A stretch of DNA of 64,000 nt from Octopus sinensis (taxonomy: Eukaryota), in the NCBI RefSeq assembly GCF_006345805.1, contig NC_043003.1:27714001-27778000 (forward strand), given 5' to 3'. The notes under the pieces were generated by a model. The model had not been told where the DNA came from and ran no database searches. It worked only from the letters and a program-made list of their open reading frames with translations. Position numbers and translations under genes: made by a program. Below are positions 1 through 14,000 of the stretch, one piece after another (the first letter of the stretch is position 1; each line of letters starts with the position of its first letter).

Positions 1-580
1 ATGAAAACAGGCTGTTCATGTAAACACACATATGTACATAATGCTATAAAAATTATGTATCACATATACACACATGCACACTCAAACTTACATATTAATT
101 TAAGAAACATAATGACATAAATATTATACGTATACATACATGTACAAGCATACATACATTGACACACAGACACACACATATAAAGAACATCAGTGATATG
201 AAGTTACGAGTACATATATATGTTCACATATACACATACAAATGAATGTATATATAATAAACACTATAATAAAAATTTTTAAATGGGTGGTATAAAAAAT
301 TACACACATCTACGCACACCACACACACACATTTACTAACTACCCCAATTGCCACCACCACGACAATCATAATCAGCACCACCATAAAATACAATATAAG
401 GCAGATGCTTGCACTGTTACTAAAAGCTAACAAGAAGTTTCAAGCCATGGCCTACATTTCGGCAACGCACACATGCTCTTGCCTGTTCTCACACATGCAC
501 ATGCGCGTGCGCAAATATACAGATGTGCATGCCTGCACGCACTCCATTAACTATCCTTTCACATACACCCTTATACATTT

Positions 581-584
581 TTGC

Positions 585-615
<31 letters not shown>

Positions 616-711
616 GAGCCCCAATTACATACACACAACCACATGCATATATATATATATATATATATATATTCATACACACACACAGAACCCCAATCAC
701 ATACATGTATG

Positions 712-776
<65 letters not shown>

Positions 777-924
777 GCACACCCATATATATATATGCAT
801 ACACACTTGAATAAATACACAACACATGCAAACGCACATTTACATACAACCCATATCTTAACATACGACATACACATATAAACACACATATACAAGCACA
901 CACGCTCATACATACAGACACACA

Positions 925-950
<26 letters not shown>
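581..950. repeat. Compound (TA)n/(CA)n/(CT)n microsatellite block
   Basis: Direct reading; source of the spurious YIYI/HTHT ORFs. Confidence 0.95.
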
Positions 951-955
<5 letters not shown>

Positions 956-2083
956 CCACCACGTGGCCGAAAGGTCCACAAGAACAAAAGAATGGAAGGT
1001 GAGAAAGAGAAACAGAGAATGAAAGAAAGAGAGAGAGAGAGAGAGAACAACAGAGAGCGACAGAGTGTGAATGAAAGAAAATGACGAAAAAGAGTGGGAG
1101 AGAAAAGCAAGGAGAATGAGAGAGAGAGAATGAATAAGAGATAGAATGTAGGAGAGTTTGGTGTTATAAAGATAGAAAAAGAAGGGGTGTGTGAGTGGTA
1201 GGGAGTAAAAAGGGATAGAAAGGAAGCAGCAGAGAGAGAGGGGGAGGAAAGAGACAATAGATAGAAACACAAAGAGTGAGGGAGAAAAGAGGAGATGGAG
1301 ATATACAAAGTGCAGGATAGTGAGAGATAGAGACAGGGTGATAGTGAGAGACAGAGAGAGGGAGAAAGAGAACAGAAGCACAGAGAAAAAAAGCAAGGAA
1401 GGACAATGAAGACCATGGAAAGGGACAGGAACAGCAGACAGAGTTGTCTCTCTTGTCCTCCTTGTAAGCAATTTTCACAAACACTAATGACTTTTCTTCA
1501 AGTTACAGTTATAATATCAATAGGAAAAAAAGTGGCTTTGGCTCACCACACAATAAGTATGGTAGCCTGCACTTAACTATATGATATTCCTGCAGAGGTC
1601 ACCTCTCCATACTAATATATGTACTCTTACAGATTCACACACAGCTATACACACACACATACACCGATATACATGCAGATTCATACTCAGACATAGACAC
1701 ACAGAGTTATACACAAATAAATACAGACACATTCAGACACACACACACGGGCATTCACATACAGAGATCAGGGGCAGGGTACTAGAAAAATAAAATTTTC
1801 CAGCTGACATATGACAAGAATATGTATCATAAATAAGTGCATGTGTTTATATTTATAATGTGTGTGTGTGCACATGTGTAATTGTTTCTGATCTAGAGCA
1901 TGAGACCGACAATTTTGAAGGAGAGGGGATTAGTAGAGCATCAACCCCACTACTAGACTACCACTATAACCCTAGTAGAATCTGAACTCAGGGCATAAAA
2001 AGCTAGAATATGTGTGCAAGGATTAAAGTGATCAAAATTTAATGCTAATTTATGTCCCAAACATAAATTTTATAATGTTTTCA

Positions 2084-2900
2084 AATTTTGGCACAAGGCC
2101 AGCAATTTCAAAGGAGTAGGGTAACTCAATTATATTGACTCCAGATACTATTTTATCAATCCTGATACTATCAACTGATACAATCAATAGTATCAACTGA
2201 TACTATTAGGTTGTCCAGAAAATCCATGCCGATTTATAGTAGCTTACCTTTCGACTTATTTTAGAACATGGTTGAGTCCATAAAATAGGATTTGACTACA
2301 CCTCCATTTAGAGCACATTTTAAGCTATCTTTTTGTGAAAGAAGGTTTATGTTCCTATAACCTGTGTTAATTTTTGTAACCCTTTAAAATGGAAGATAAG
2401 AAAATTCATTTTCGGCACTTGATGCTTTGGGAACCAGACAAAAATTGCTGCAGCTTGGCTGGGATGTGTTACCCCCTCCATATTCATCAGATATTGCTCC
2501 TTTGGATTTCCACTTATTCAGGTCTCTGCAGAATAGTCTTAATGGTAAAAATTTCAATTCCTTGGATGATGTAAAAAGATACCTAGATGAATTCTTTGCC
2601 ATGAAACCAGCTCAATTCTGGGAAGAGGGTATTTTCAAGTTAAAGGAAAGATGGAGATGCATTGTGGAACAAAATGGTTCATATTTGGTTGATTAAAAAT
2701 GTAATGGCAAGTATTTATTGACCTTTTCCTTTCCTTTAAAAATCGGCTTGAACTTTCCAGACAACCCAATATTTTATCAATCCTGAAAGGGTGAGAGGCA
2801 AAGTTGACCTCAGCAGAATTTGAACTTAGAATGCAAAGACAGACAAAATACTGTTAAGCATTTTGCCCAGCGTGCTAATGATTCTGCCAACTCACCGTCT
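2084..2900 (-). mobile_element. SINE family C copy interrupted by the mariner element
   Basis: Flanks rejoin as aattttggcacaaggcc...gatacTA|ttttatcaatcctgaaagg...aagttgacctcagcagaatttgaact, matching other family C copies in the window. Confidence 0.7.
2206..2769 (+). mobile_element. Mariner internal-deletion derivative (564 bp) with both TIRs and TA target duplication
   Basis: TA(2204-05)-TTAGGTTGTCCAGAAAATCCATGCCGATTT ... AAATCGGCTTGAACTTTCCAGACAACCCAA-TA(2770-71). N-terminal MEDKKIHFRHLML (2389) is joined to the C-terminal PPYSSDIAPLDFHLFRSLQ...W..GI.KL.ERW (ORF 2427-2696). Confidence 0.9.
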
Positions 2901-4176
2901 TACACCAGATTAATAATGACAAAGATATTTTACTAAATTCTTCGTTATTTTAATGATTTATTGAAACAAAGACAGTGTATTTGAACAGAAATATGATAAG
3001 AAAAGGATGTGACAGGAAGTTTGTATCATAAAACCAAGGGTGGTTTCAGGTGGGCTGGTGTATGAAAAGGACTAAAACAGAGTGGACACCACTTAAAGTA
3101 CCCAGTTGCAAGAGGCTCAAATGGTTCCTCTGACAGAGTTCCACATTTTCCATTTACCAAATTTCATTTGCAAACCTTTTATCTACACAAAACCTTGGTA
3201 GAATAAATCCACCTAAAACTATGGTAGACAACATCAACCCAAGGTAAAGCGATATGGGATTGAACCAGAAAAAAAAAAACCAGTTGTGAAGCAAACTTCT
3301 TAGCCACACAACCACAACTAATAAACTTTTAGTAAACAGTCCAATAAACTCATCCACTTGGCCTCTCTAGTCATGACCATCAACACCATAAATGTGTTGC
3401 TTCCAAATTAGAATAATTTATGACATCCAGTTTGTATGTCAAGTTTTCCTTAAACACATAAAATGGTCAACTGGATAAGTTATACTCTCTCTCTCTCTCA
3501 ATATATATACATATATACATACATATATAGCCCATGCATTGTCAATTGGCATAGCTATTAGAGTGATGGGTAGGAATACTTTGAAGTAATTCTACTCAGC
3601 TCTCCAAGCGCTGAGTTTAAATCTCAACATGGCCGACTTTACTTTCAGCTTTTTGGTTGATTCTTCTCTTTTTCTTTCTTTCTCTCCCCAAGAAATCGAA
3701 TGTGGTCAGATCTAGAGAGATATATGAGCACTGTCAGGCCTAAAAAATGGAAGGTATGGACTCTTACAAGTCTAAAACACCCAGGAATGTCACAATAGTG
3801 CCTATATAACCCCAACATATTAAGGGATCATGGCATGGCAATGTATAACATTATCAACATTTTATTGTCCACTTTTCCATGTTTACATGGGTCAGACAGA
3901 ATTTGCTGAGATGGATTTTCTACGGTTGAATGTCCTTCCTGTTGCCAACCTTCACCTGTTTCCAAATAATGTAACATTTCCCCATGACCAGACATGTTTT
4001 CATGGAAGATTGCACAATGGTGATACACACTTGCAATATCACATGTCAAGACAAGGAGACACTAACACAGACAAACATATGTATTATGTTGTCTTTTCCC
4101 TTTTTGATCTTGAATAAATTTTTGCTGACCAACTATTTGTAGCAAAGTTGTGAAGGAAAGCATCTTGTTTTGTTCA

Positions 4177-4580
4177 TCATCCCTTAATTCGTAAGAAGGT
4201 CTTGCAGATTTTTGAAGTCCTTGATATCATGATCACTTGTAGTATATGAATTAAGGATTTGCATTCTCTCCCCAAGAACCCAAGTTCAGCCATACTTTGC
4301 TCCAGATGGGGCGGTATGTATCCTGTTGCTCCATTAATAATAGGTATAAAGCTGAAAGTGTATATTAGGTACTGGATTTGCAAACTGCTAATCAGTGATC
4401 CATAGATGTCCTCTTTCTCTTGTATTTTTCTAATAACATTGGTGTCCAGAGGGAACTTATTTCCATAACAGAACATATATTTTCTTTGTGGTTCCACACA
4501 ACAACATCTGGCCAATTGTGTTTTATCTTGATGGCTGTTTTAATTTTTAAGTTCCACCAATATTCTTTTGACACATGCAC
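4177..4580 (-). mobile_element. Relic of an RLE-endonuclease non-LTR retrotransposon (R4/Dong/NeSL-like), C-terminal restriction-like endonuclease
   Basis: Overlapping ORFs 4392-4580 (YWWNLKIKTAIKIKHNWPDVVVWNHKENICSVMEIS) and 4177-4515 (PLDTNVIRKIQEKEDIYGSL...FIPIINGATG...KICKTFL) give the PD..(D/E)xK-type RLE layout. Confidence 0.8.
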
Positions 4581-5771
4581 GTATGTATCAAAGCCTTTTA
4601 GAAGGATTTGGTTGGACCAAGGCTATAGTAGAAGACACTTGTCCCAGATGCTATACAATGGGACTGAACCTGAATCTATGCAATTGAGAAGCAAACTCCT
4701 TACCATACAGCCATGCCTGTACCTTACACACACACAAACATTATATGTATAGACACACACCCATACACAGACATACACCACATATGTGCATACATATTTT
4801 ATGACTTACATTGTAGCATGATATGAAGTACACTTGACCTTTGCATGGCCTCAGAAACTGAGACTGGATGTGTATATGAAGGTGGGGGCTGTGTGTGTGT
4901 GTGTGTGGGGGGGTGTTGTGTGTTTGTGCATGTATGCATGTGTGTTTGCAAGATAAGAGTGAGAGCGGAGGAAGAATGAATCTATGACTCATGAGTTATT
5001 GTGGCATGAAGTGGTGGGTCAAAATACTGAGTTGTCCTCAAACATGAAGACTCTCAGATGTTTTCAACGCAGTGGATTCTAGTAAATGCACACCAAATCG
5101 AGTAGGGGCATCAAAACACACAACAGATTGAGTCTATCACTCAAAGACATCAAGTACAATTCAGCCAAGCATTGGTTTTCCTCACAGTTTCCACCTAATT
5201 TTGTTCATATGCTCTGATTCTGGTTGGCCTGAGATAATGATAGACAAAAGATATCTATGATGCTCTGTAATGGAATTGTAAACCAGAACCACAAGATAGT
5301 GGGGTAAACTTATAAAATCCTAAAGCCACATCTACAATCTTAGTTCAAACAGAGCTGATCTGCAACTGAACAACAATAACTTCTAGGGTTTTTTTTAGGA
5401 TCATCATCATAATCATCATTGTTTTAATGTCCAAATTTCTATACTAGCTTGAGTCAGAGGAAATCTGTGGTTTGATGCTTTTGCAGTCACTAACCTTCAC
5501 TTGTATCCAAGCAAGGCAAATTTTTTTATAAAACTTTGAACATGAACAGCACAATGACAAAAAATGTTTTTATAGAAGATTGCAAATGACTAAAATGTTT
5601 ATATATGATTAGTACATCACACACACACACATGAGTGTGTGTTTGTATGTGTGTGTATGTTATGTATGTGCGTGCATATTGTACATGTGCGTATGTGTAT
5701 ACACACGCACTAACTATTCTACTCTACCTGTGTAAACTGTGGGTATGGGAGTATGATATCTACTATGTATA

Positions 5772-6050
5772 TTTCCTATTTAGTATAGGGGAAGTTTCAT
5801 TTATGAGGACCTACTGTATTTGTCTGAGTGTTGGGTCCTTTGGGATGTGGATGTCAAGTTGACCCAGGTTACCTCCATGTTGGTCCTTTGCATGTTGGTA
5901 GAGTATGGAGGACTGTTTTTTGCCATCATATTGTCTCAAATGTTTAGTCATTCCACAATGCTCCTAGATGTCTCCCCTATGTATGTCATGTTCATGTCTT
6001 TACAAGCACCTTCTATGCATCTGTTGGTTGCAGATCCCCCAAAATGTTCG
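5772..6050 (-). mobile_element. Penelope-like element relic: GIY-YIG endonuclease C-terminal half
   Basis: Manual translation: RCIEGACKDMNMTYIGETSRSIVE*L/(frameshift)HLRQYDGKKQSSILYQHAKDQHGG...KDPTLRQIQ*VLINETSPILNRK. YIGETxR..R..EH and RQI.E..I...LN are PLE endonuclease motifs. Not shown in the ORF track. Confidence 0.75.
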
Positions 6051-7309
6051 TCAATACTGATAATTTTTTGGCCATCTTCAAAACGTCTGAACCGCTTATA
6101 CACTTGTGCAGGGCTCATACACTTTCTGCAACTTTGTGTAGGCCTCTGAGCAGGTATTGCTATGGTAACTTTCTGTCATAGTCAATGGGATGATCACATG
6201 CTACATACCTTCCTTCCAAGCACTGCTGCAAACAGTGGAAGTGAGCCAGAATGTTAAAACTTAGTGTGCATGTGCAGCAGAGTTCAAGGTTAAGTTTTGC
6301 AAAGCAAATTCATCCTGCATGCTTTAACTTCGTTACAATGACAGAAGTCCGGATACTTATTGATCAGACCATGTACACATATAACTATTTATCTAGTGCA
6401 TCTAAATACTGACCTACCTACTTACCTACCAATATCCATTAATCTGTAGCCCTCAATCTGTCTGGTTGTCTGTCTACATATCTACTTATCTCTCACTGAT
6501 TCCGTTAGTGCAAGTGTGTGTGTGTGTGTGTGTGTGTTATATTTTTGTTACTTTTCATTTGTCTTGGTTGCTTACGTTTCTGGTGTTTGCTAAATTTTCT
6601 AGAGAACATTTCTTAGTGGTAAGACCATAGCAGATCTACTTCTAGCATTAGAGTGTCCACATGGTGGTCATCCCTCTCATATATATATATATATATATAT
6701 ATACAGAGAAAAAGAGAGAAATATATCTACATTCACAGGCACATGTACATACCCAGACAAGTAAATACATATGTAGATACGTATTTAGCTATAACCTTTG
6801 AACTACTTACCTATCTGTCTGTCTATCCATCAATCTGTCAGCCTATCCCTCAGTCTGTGTCTGTTTACAAACTATTTTTCCTGAAATTTTTAACGTTATT
6901 ATGTGCAACCTCAATATTTTTAGTTTATGCATTTTCTTTTTCAGTTTCATTCTGTTTTTATACTCTGGCATGTAATGGCTGGCTGTCTATAGGCCAAGAA
7001 TATTATTATTATTTCTTTTAATTGTCTCTGTAATTTAATATGTTAGCATTTATCTACAACTTGCCAACCATTCTCACTTACAAATTGCTTTACTTTGTTT
7101 TCAAGCAATATACAAAACCTAAATTATACAAACTGCTTTTATATGTTTTTGATCCTCTCATCCAACTATTGTGAAATACTACCAATGCACACACAGCCTG
7201 TCTATTTAATATATATTCATTTGTTTATTTACTACACGTTTTTTTAATTATTATATGTATAGGTAGGTCATGTTTTCCGTTTGTTGCATTTTTATTTAAT
7301 CCAGAAGAT

Positions 7310-7836
7310 ATCTATATATATACATGCATACATACATACATACATACATACACACAAATATGCATATACATATATATACACACACATATATACATATGCA
7401 CATTTACATATGCACATATACACATATATACATATACACACATATATACACATACACACATATATACACATACACACATATATACATATACACATATATA
7501 CATATACACACATATACATATACACACATATACATATACACACATAAACATATATACACATAAACATATATACACATATACACACACACACATACATATA
7601 TACACACACACATACATATATACACACACACATACATATATACACACACACACATACATATATACACACACATACATATATACACACACACATACATATA
7701 TACACACACACACATACATATATACACACACACATACATATATACACACACACACACATATATACACACACACACATACATATATACACACACACATACA
7801 TATATACACACACACACATACATACACACACACACA

Positions 7837-7891
<55 letters not shown>
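7310..7891. repeat. Compound (TACA)/(CA)/(TA) microsatellite with higher-order TATATACACACACACATACA units
   Basis: Direct reading. Confidence 0.95.
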
Positions 7892-8809
7892 TGCATGGCA
7901 CTTTTGGCGGGTGTCTTCCGCTATAGCCCTGAGTTGACCGAAGCTTTGTGATTGAATTCGGTAGGCGGAAGTTACTGCCGTGTGTGCATGTGCTCAGTGC
8001 CTCTCCGAAAGAGAGAGAGAGGGATATATATATGACTCTTTCTTTTATATGACTTATAACTCTTTCTTCTTGCTGTTGTTCTGTCTAGCCAATATCCTTA
8101 CCAATAATCCTCATAAAGCTGTTTATCACTCTCTCACTGACTTTCACTTCTTCAATTTCTCTGTTTCTTTCTCTCTTACGTTTATCACCCTCTTGCTCCT
8201 TCTAACCCATTCTTCCTTTACTCTCTTTCACTCTTCTAAATTTCTCCCTTGCCCTCTTCCCACCCACTTGTGTAGGGAAAAAAGGAATGAACGCAGAGAT
8301 AACGCTGGGTAGACGGAACTCTCTTTAGTTTTGCTAAGGACAACAGCATCAACATCTTCCATACAACTACAATTACTATAAAGCCATCAGCACCTTCATC
8401 ATCATTGTCCATAACAAGCAGAACAAAAACAAAAAGAAATACGCAAATAACATCAACAGCAGCAGCATCAACAACAACAATGGTAGCAGAAGCAACAGCA
8501 AAAACAACAAAATTAATTAGTGCTTTATTAGCCCAGCTGATAGCATACAACAATATATATCATATTGATTGCATCAGAAATAGTCATCATAATCATCATC
8601 ACACTCATAATAATCAACATCATCAAAGACATAAGTCATCGTCGTCGTTGCCAAGTCTGCCACTGCAGCTACGACCATGATCATCACAAATATATAGAAA
8701 TAGATCAAAAACAAATACACAAGCCTTAATATAAATAGTTTTGTCTCACAACTACCACCACCAAGAGCATATGCACCACTATCGCTACCACTGCCGCTAC
8801 AATAAGCAC

Positions 8810-8812
8810 CAA

Positions 8813-8905
<93 letters not shown>

Positions 8906-8935
8906 CACTACCACTACTACTACTGCTACTACTAC
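8810..8935. repeat. Compound trinucleotide repeat (TAC)n(TGC)n(TAC)n(CAC)n
   Basis: Direct reading. Confidence 0.95.
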
Positions 8936-9146
8936 GTACATAATGCATAAAATGCAATGCAATCAAAGTGTTTTGATATGAGATGGTGGTGGTGGTAGTG
9001 ATGGTTGGAGGAGTCACAAATGGACAATTAATTAATAGGTTTTTGATTAGCAATTAGGCTGTAATTAAAGACATACATACACACAAGGCATTACATAGAG
9101 ACAGACACATACAGGTATGTGTGTGTGTGCTCACTATGTATGTATG

Positions 9147-9186
<40 letters not shown>

Positions 9187-9197
9187 GTAAATATGCA

Positions 9198-9228
<31 letters not shown>

Positions 9229-9233
9229 GTATG

Positions 9234-9264
<31 letters not shown>

Positions 9265-9336
9265 TGTATATATGTAAATATGCATGTGTGTGTGTTTGTG
9301 TGTGTGTATATGTATATATATATGTATGTATATATG

Positions 9337-9371
<35 letters not shown>

Positions 9372-9909
9372 TGTGTGTGTGTGTGGTGTGTGTGTGTGTG
9401 TATGTATATGTATAAAAATGTTGTATAGGGGTGGGCACTCTCATGGTAAACCTACAACTCCAACATAAATATAAACATATCAACTTCAGATTATTTCTAA
9501 ACATAACACTGACTGCAACCTGGCTTTATCTTTGTTTTTAAGTCTGTATTATTAGAAGTGAAAACAAAACAGACCCTGATTATAGTTTGATAGTGAAAGT
9601 ACAGGATTATTATGAAAAGAATTTACCATTTTGGTGGATGGATGGATGGATGGATGGACAGCACTCGTTTGGGATATCTGGAGTATATGGTATATACATA
9701 TTGTATCTATGTACATATGTATGTACATATGCATATGTTTGTGTGTGAGTAAATACACACACACACATACACACACATCCATATTCTGAATAAAAACATG
9801 CATTTCATATTAAATAGACCAGTATTTGATATTCAGTTTGAGCCTCTGATTGAACCTGCATTCAGCTAGCTAAAAGAAAAACAAAATGAATGGGAAAGTA
9901 ACTATATAA

Positions 9910-10075
9910 TCATCATCATCATCATCATCGTTTAGCGTCCGCTTTCCATGCTAGCATGGGTTGCACGGTTCAACTGGGGTCTGGGAAGCCAGAAGGCTGC
10001 ACCAGGCCCAGTCTGATCTGGCAATGTTTCTACGGCTGGATGCCCTTCGTAATGCCAGCCCATGCCAAAAAAGAC
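9910..10075 (-). mobile_element. Family B retroelement ((GAT)n-tailed SINE or RTE 3' UTR)
   Basis: (CAT)n-cgtttagcgtccgctttccatgctagcatgggttg...ctggatgcccttc. Also at about 21410-21650(+), 27619-27860(-), 29520-29735(+), 31034-31310(-), 36731-37027(+), 49432-49665(-), 52196-52646(+), 52900-53085(-) and 53624-53870(-). Confidence 0.8.
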
Positions 10076-11542
10076 ATGGGATCTCAACAGAGTTCTCCAG
10101 CTTGTTGGATCCTGATATGCCATCCAACCAGTGCCAACATAGAAGATAAGCATTAATGATGATGTTGATGATGATGTATGTGTGTATCTATATATATATA
10201 TATATAGACACACATATATATACACACACACACATGTATATATTCACATACATACAATTTCCTTCCTCCCCATCACTTTTCTAACTGCAGTTCTTCCTTG
10301 ATACCACTTATTTTTCTTACTGCCTAAAACCATTTCACTTCCTATCCACCCATCATCTATTAATACTATTCTTTGCACCCACACTTTCATTGATCACCCA
10401 CCTCCACTGAATCAACAACTATCCTCCCCTACCACCCCATCATGTACTACATCTGCCCCTCTCTTTCCTACCCACTCTTGTATTTTACCTGTTATTATAC
10501 TTCTCCTCTCTACCATTTCCTTGTTAATATTCTGCTGTTCAGTACTGTCAGTCAACACCTACTCTCATCCCTATCGCTCTCTAGTTCCATTTGATCATCC
10601 CCAACCCCTCTTCTAAAACATGAGAAATCAACAAGTAATTTATACTCAAATTGTACTTAACAGCTGTTTCATTAAGATAAACACCATTAAAATGTATAAT
10701 TACATAGAAGTGGTACTTGATTAACTGAAATTAATGTAATTTAAATCAAATATAAAAGTAGCGATATCAAATATAAAAGTGAAGATATGTTAATCAGTAA
10801 ACCAGTTAGACAGACAGACAGAGAGATGTAATATAAACAACTGTATTTGAGTTTAATGTTTTTTAAAGGACTTTTTCATTATTTCCTTATTAATGTTTAT
10901 GAATACATAAGCATTAATATGGAACATTATCTCACATTCCCAGATATCCTTGGACTTATTTTTTTTGGAGTGAAGTTCTTATCGTTGTTGTTTAAACCCA
11001 GATCAGCCCTATGAAAGACATTCTATACATTACCATTTCAATAATAATGATGATAGTGGCATAGTTTATCTAAGGATATGTGATCAAATGCCTTGCCTCC
11101 CACCAAAAATTAAAAAAAATGCTTTAAAAACGAGAAGAAAAAGTGTTGTAGGTGAAATTTAGCTGGTGTTTCTAGAGGATCTCTTGACTTCACAGAGACT
11201 CCCTTATTGGCTCAGCTGGAATGAAGTGATTGTTAAGGGTGAATGTTATTGCTGTTTTATTGCAGAGGCAAGAAACACAAAAATCATCTTATGTTTAATG
11301 AGGATGTAGTTAACTGCCAGCTTTTTGAAAGTATATATGTATTTTAGCCATGTAACCGCACATGCTGTTCATGAAATTTTTCCTTCTCTGGACTTTACTG
11401 TTCCCTTTCAGATGAGGACCAATGCTCAAAAATTTACAAACCCACTATTTTTTCCACCTGTACCGAGCATGTCCTCTTGTTTTGTTATTGTTATTTTTAA
11501 TGTTCAATTGTTAATGATCAACTTTAAATATTTGATTTGACT

Positions 11543-11587
<45 letters not shown>

Positions 11588-11685
11588 TATATATATAGGG
11601 AGAATTTACAAAAAAACAAAGGACAAAGACAGGTGGTTTAGACAACAAACAGATGTATTAGTTTAACACTCGTGAAGTGAGAAAG

Positions 11686-11723
11686 TCTTTACCATTTCAA
11701 GCCTACGCTCTTCCACAGAAAGA
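11686..11723 (-). ncRNA. Degenerate minimal type I hammerhead motif (A6U family), inside (TA)n-inserted family D element 11598-11796
   Basis: Minus strand TCTTT-CTGTGGA-A-GAGC-GTAG-GCTT-GAAA-TGG-T-AAAGA; stem III and cleavage triplet mutated. Confidence 0.55.
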
Positions 11724-12237
11724 AACAAGGAGAGAAAATAAAGAATGTGTAATGGCTAGCGATCTACCATGGCAAATGCCAGACAGAGGGGTCACCATAT
11801 ATTTATATATAATAAGGAGTGTATATATATATATATATATATATGAGAAAATATATATGTGTGTGTGTGTGTGTGTGTTTATATATACAAACACAGATGC
11901 ACACATATTGATATTCAGATATATTATATAACAATAAGATGAATAACAGCTGACACAAGTATATATATTGCTACCATTCCTCCCATTCACATACCAAAAT
12001 GTGAGTATGTGTGTGTGTTTTTGCGTGAGTCTATATATCATGTACATATATTTATTTTTTTGCATACACATACTCACATATATACACACACATTATCATG
12101 ATCTTCATCTTATACTATATAAACTACAAGAACATGTATATTATCAAGACTCATGACAAAAATCACATATGCACTACCTTCACCACCACTACAATCAACA
12201 CCACCACTCTTACTACAGTTGTTAATACCACTACCAC

Positions 12238-12581
12238 TTGCAGAGACCCCCTTCAGTCACAAATGACCATGGGATTGCACCTAGAAAGTTACCCTCTGAG
12301 GCACAAGTCCGGGCAAGGTTGTTTATGGAAGACCAGCAGTCGCCCATGCCTACCAGCCTCCCCTCTCCATGCCACCGATGTCATCCAAGGGAAAGGCAAA
12401 TGTCGATACAGCTTGGCACCAGTGACATCGCAACTCATTTCTACAGCTGAGTGAACTGGAGCAATGTGAAATAAAGAGTCTTGCTCAAGAACATAATACG
12501 CAGCCGCCCGGTCCGGGATTCGAACTCACAACCTCACGGTCATAATCTCGATGCTCTAACCAGTGAGCCATGCCCCTTCAC
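12238..12581 (-). mobile_element. tRNA-head SINE (family H)
   Basis: Reverse complement begins gtgaaggggcatggctcactggttagagcatcgag...gttcgaatcccggacc (A and B boxes), followed by tgttcttgagcaagactc...ttgctccagttcac; homologous to 23249-23505. Confidence 0.75.
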
Positions 12582-13099
12582 TATCACTACTGATGTCATT
12601 ACTATCACTACTACCACCACACTGTACTTGTGGTACAAGTACAGTGCTGCTCCCCACCAATCACCAATACCATTGCCAACAGCATCAAGAGCACCACTAC
12701 CGTTTGTCATTATCTTTCCCAACAATGCCAACATCAATTAGGGAGTCGAGTCAATGAAGGAGTTGAACCAATGGGTGGATCAAACCAATAACAAAGTCAG
12801 AGCAATGAGGGAATCAAGGCTATGAGGTAGTCACAGCAATGAGGGAGTCAAAGCAATGAGGGAATCAAAGGATTGACAAAGTCAGAGCAACGAGGGAACT
12901 GAACCAGTAAGAGAGATGATTCAACAAGGAAGCCTCTACATGGTTGTTTGACTTGCTAGAATTAGCAACCAAATTTACTTCAAGTTAATTAGCAACCGAA
13001 TCTACAATAAATTGTTTTGTTTTTCTTTTATTTTATTCTGAAGAACCTGAATTCTCACGATCTTTAGTTTGATATGGTGAAACCAATGGGAGAAATAAT

Positions 13100-13545
13100 G
13101 CAACATCTGGGCCTGTGCTAAAAGAAAGAAAGATAATAACAATTGGTTCAATGGACTGGAAATTTCTGAGAATCCAGGAGATCATCACTGACTTTTTTTA
13201 TTGATATAAGCAGCTCTCCAACTGAAGTTGCTGTTGGCAATTTATTGTTAAGACTCTGATATTGTTAGACACCATGTGAGAGTCTCCAAATGATAGAGAA
13301 TACAACTGTTTAAGTACATCCTCTTTCCCAAAGTGGATCAACTCAAATTACTCCTTGTTTAGCAACAAGATTGTTAAATTTTGTCCGTTAATTTACAGAA
13401 TGTAGGTCATATCAGGATTTTATCTGGTTATCTATTCTGTTGTCAATAACTTTCTGAAGCTTAGAAGCTATCTGTATCCATTTATGTTTTAATGTGTTTG
13501 ATGACATTTTTAATGTTGTTTACATAAAGCATGAATGAGAAGCTG
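13100..13545 (-). mobile_element. Old CR1/L2-type LINE RT relic, same group as 62229-63606
   Basis: Reverse complement ctcattcatgctttatgtaaacaacattaaaaatgtcatcaaacac (about LFMLYVNNIKNVIKH) and gagttgatccactttgggaaagagg align with the younger copy (LLFIIYINDINDIIKH; gagctaatccactttggaaaagagg). Confidence 0.6.
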
Positions 13546-13759
13546 AATTAGAAGCTAGAATTGCACAGTAATGCAACCACCACAGCATTTGTTCCTGAGA
13601 AGAGGTTGGAAAAAAGCCAAACTCACTATCTTCATTTTAGTTTGCTTGTCTATTCTCACCTGTTGGGTATTTACTCACCTATATTCAGTTGGGTAATTAC
13701 TGACAAAGTAGAATGGCAAATACACATGGCAAAAATAGGATTCCTTAGAGGGTCCCTGG

Positions 13760-14000
13760 AGTAATGGACGGTATGTAGCTCGGAGTTCATGGAGATTCTC
13801 CAGGTCAAACTGTTACTTCTCCACATTCAGAGATCACAGCACCGATGCTATAGACATGTGATTAGAATATTGCAGGGAAGAAACGCAAGATGGATTTTAC
13901 AAGCCAAGCCAACCTGCAGGAAGCCAAAGGGTGACCCAAGAACAACAAGGAGGGATAAAATCCACAGTCTAGTTTGGTAATGCCTGGGAATCCAGATGGA
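13760..14000 (+). mobile_element. Old RTE-clade LINE C-terminal relic
   Basis: ORF 13789-13980 LLHIQRSQHRCYRHVIRI..RNARWILQAKPTCRKPKG.PRTT resembles the RTE end motif (R..QLRWYGHV.RM...R..G.R.RGRP). Confidence 0.65.

Noticed and set aside
405-1484. Long ORFs (158, 306, 239 aa) at the window start
   Set aside because: They are translations of (TA)n/(CA)n/(GA)n tracts (YIYI, HTHT, SLSL). The same applies to 7292-7901, 26173-26715 and 59745-60220.
8726-9053. Poly-Ser/Ala/Val/Cys ORFs
   Set aside because: Pure trinucleotide microsatellite, no domain or splice signals.
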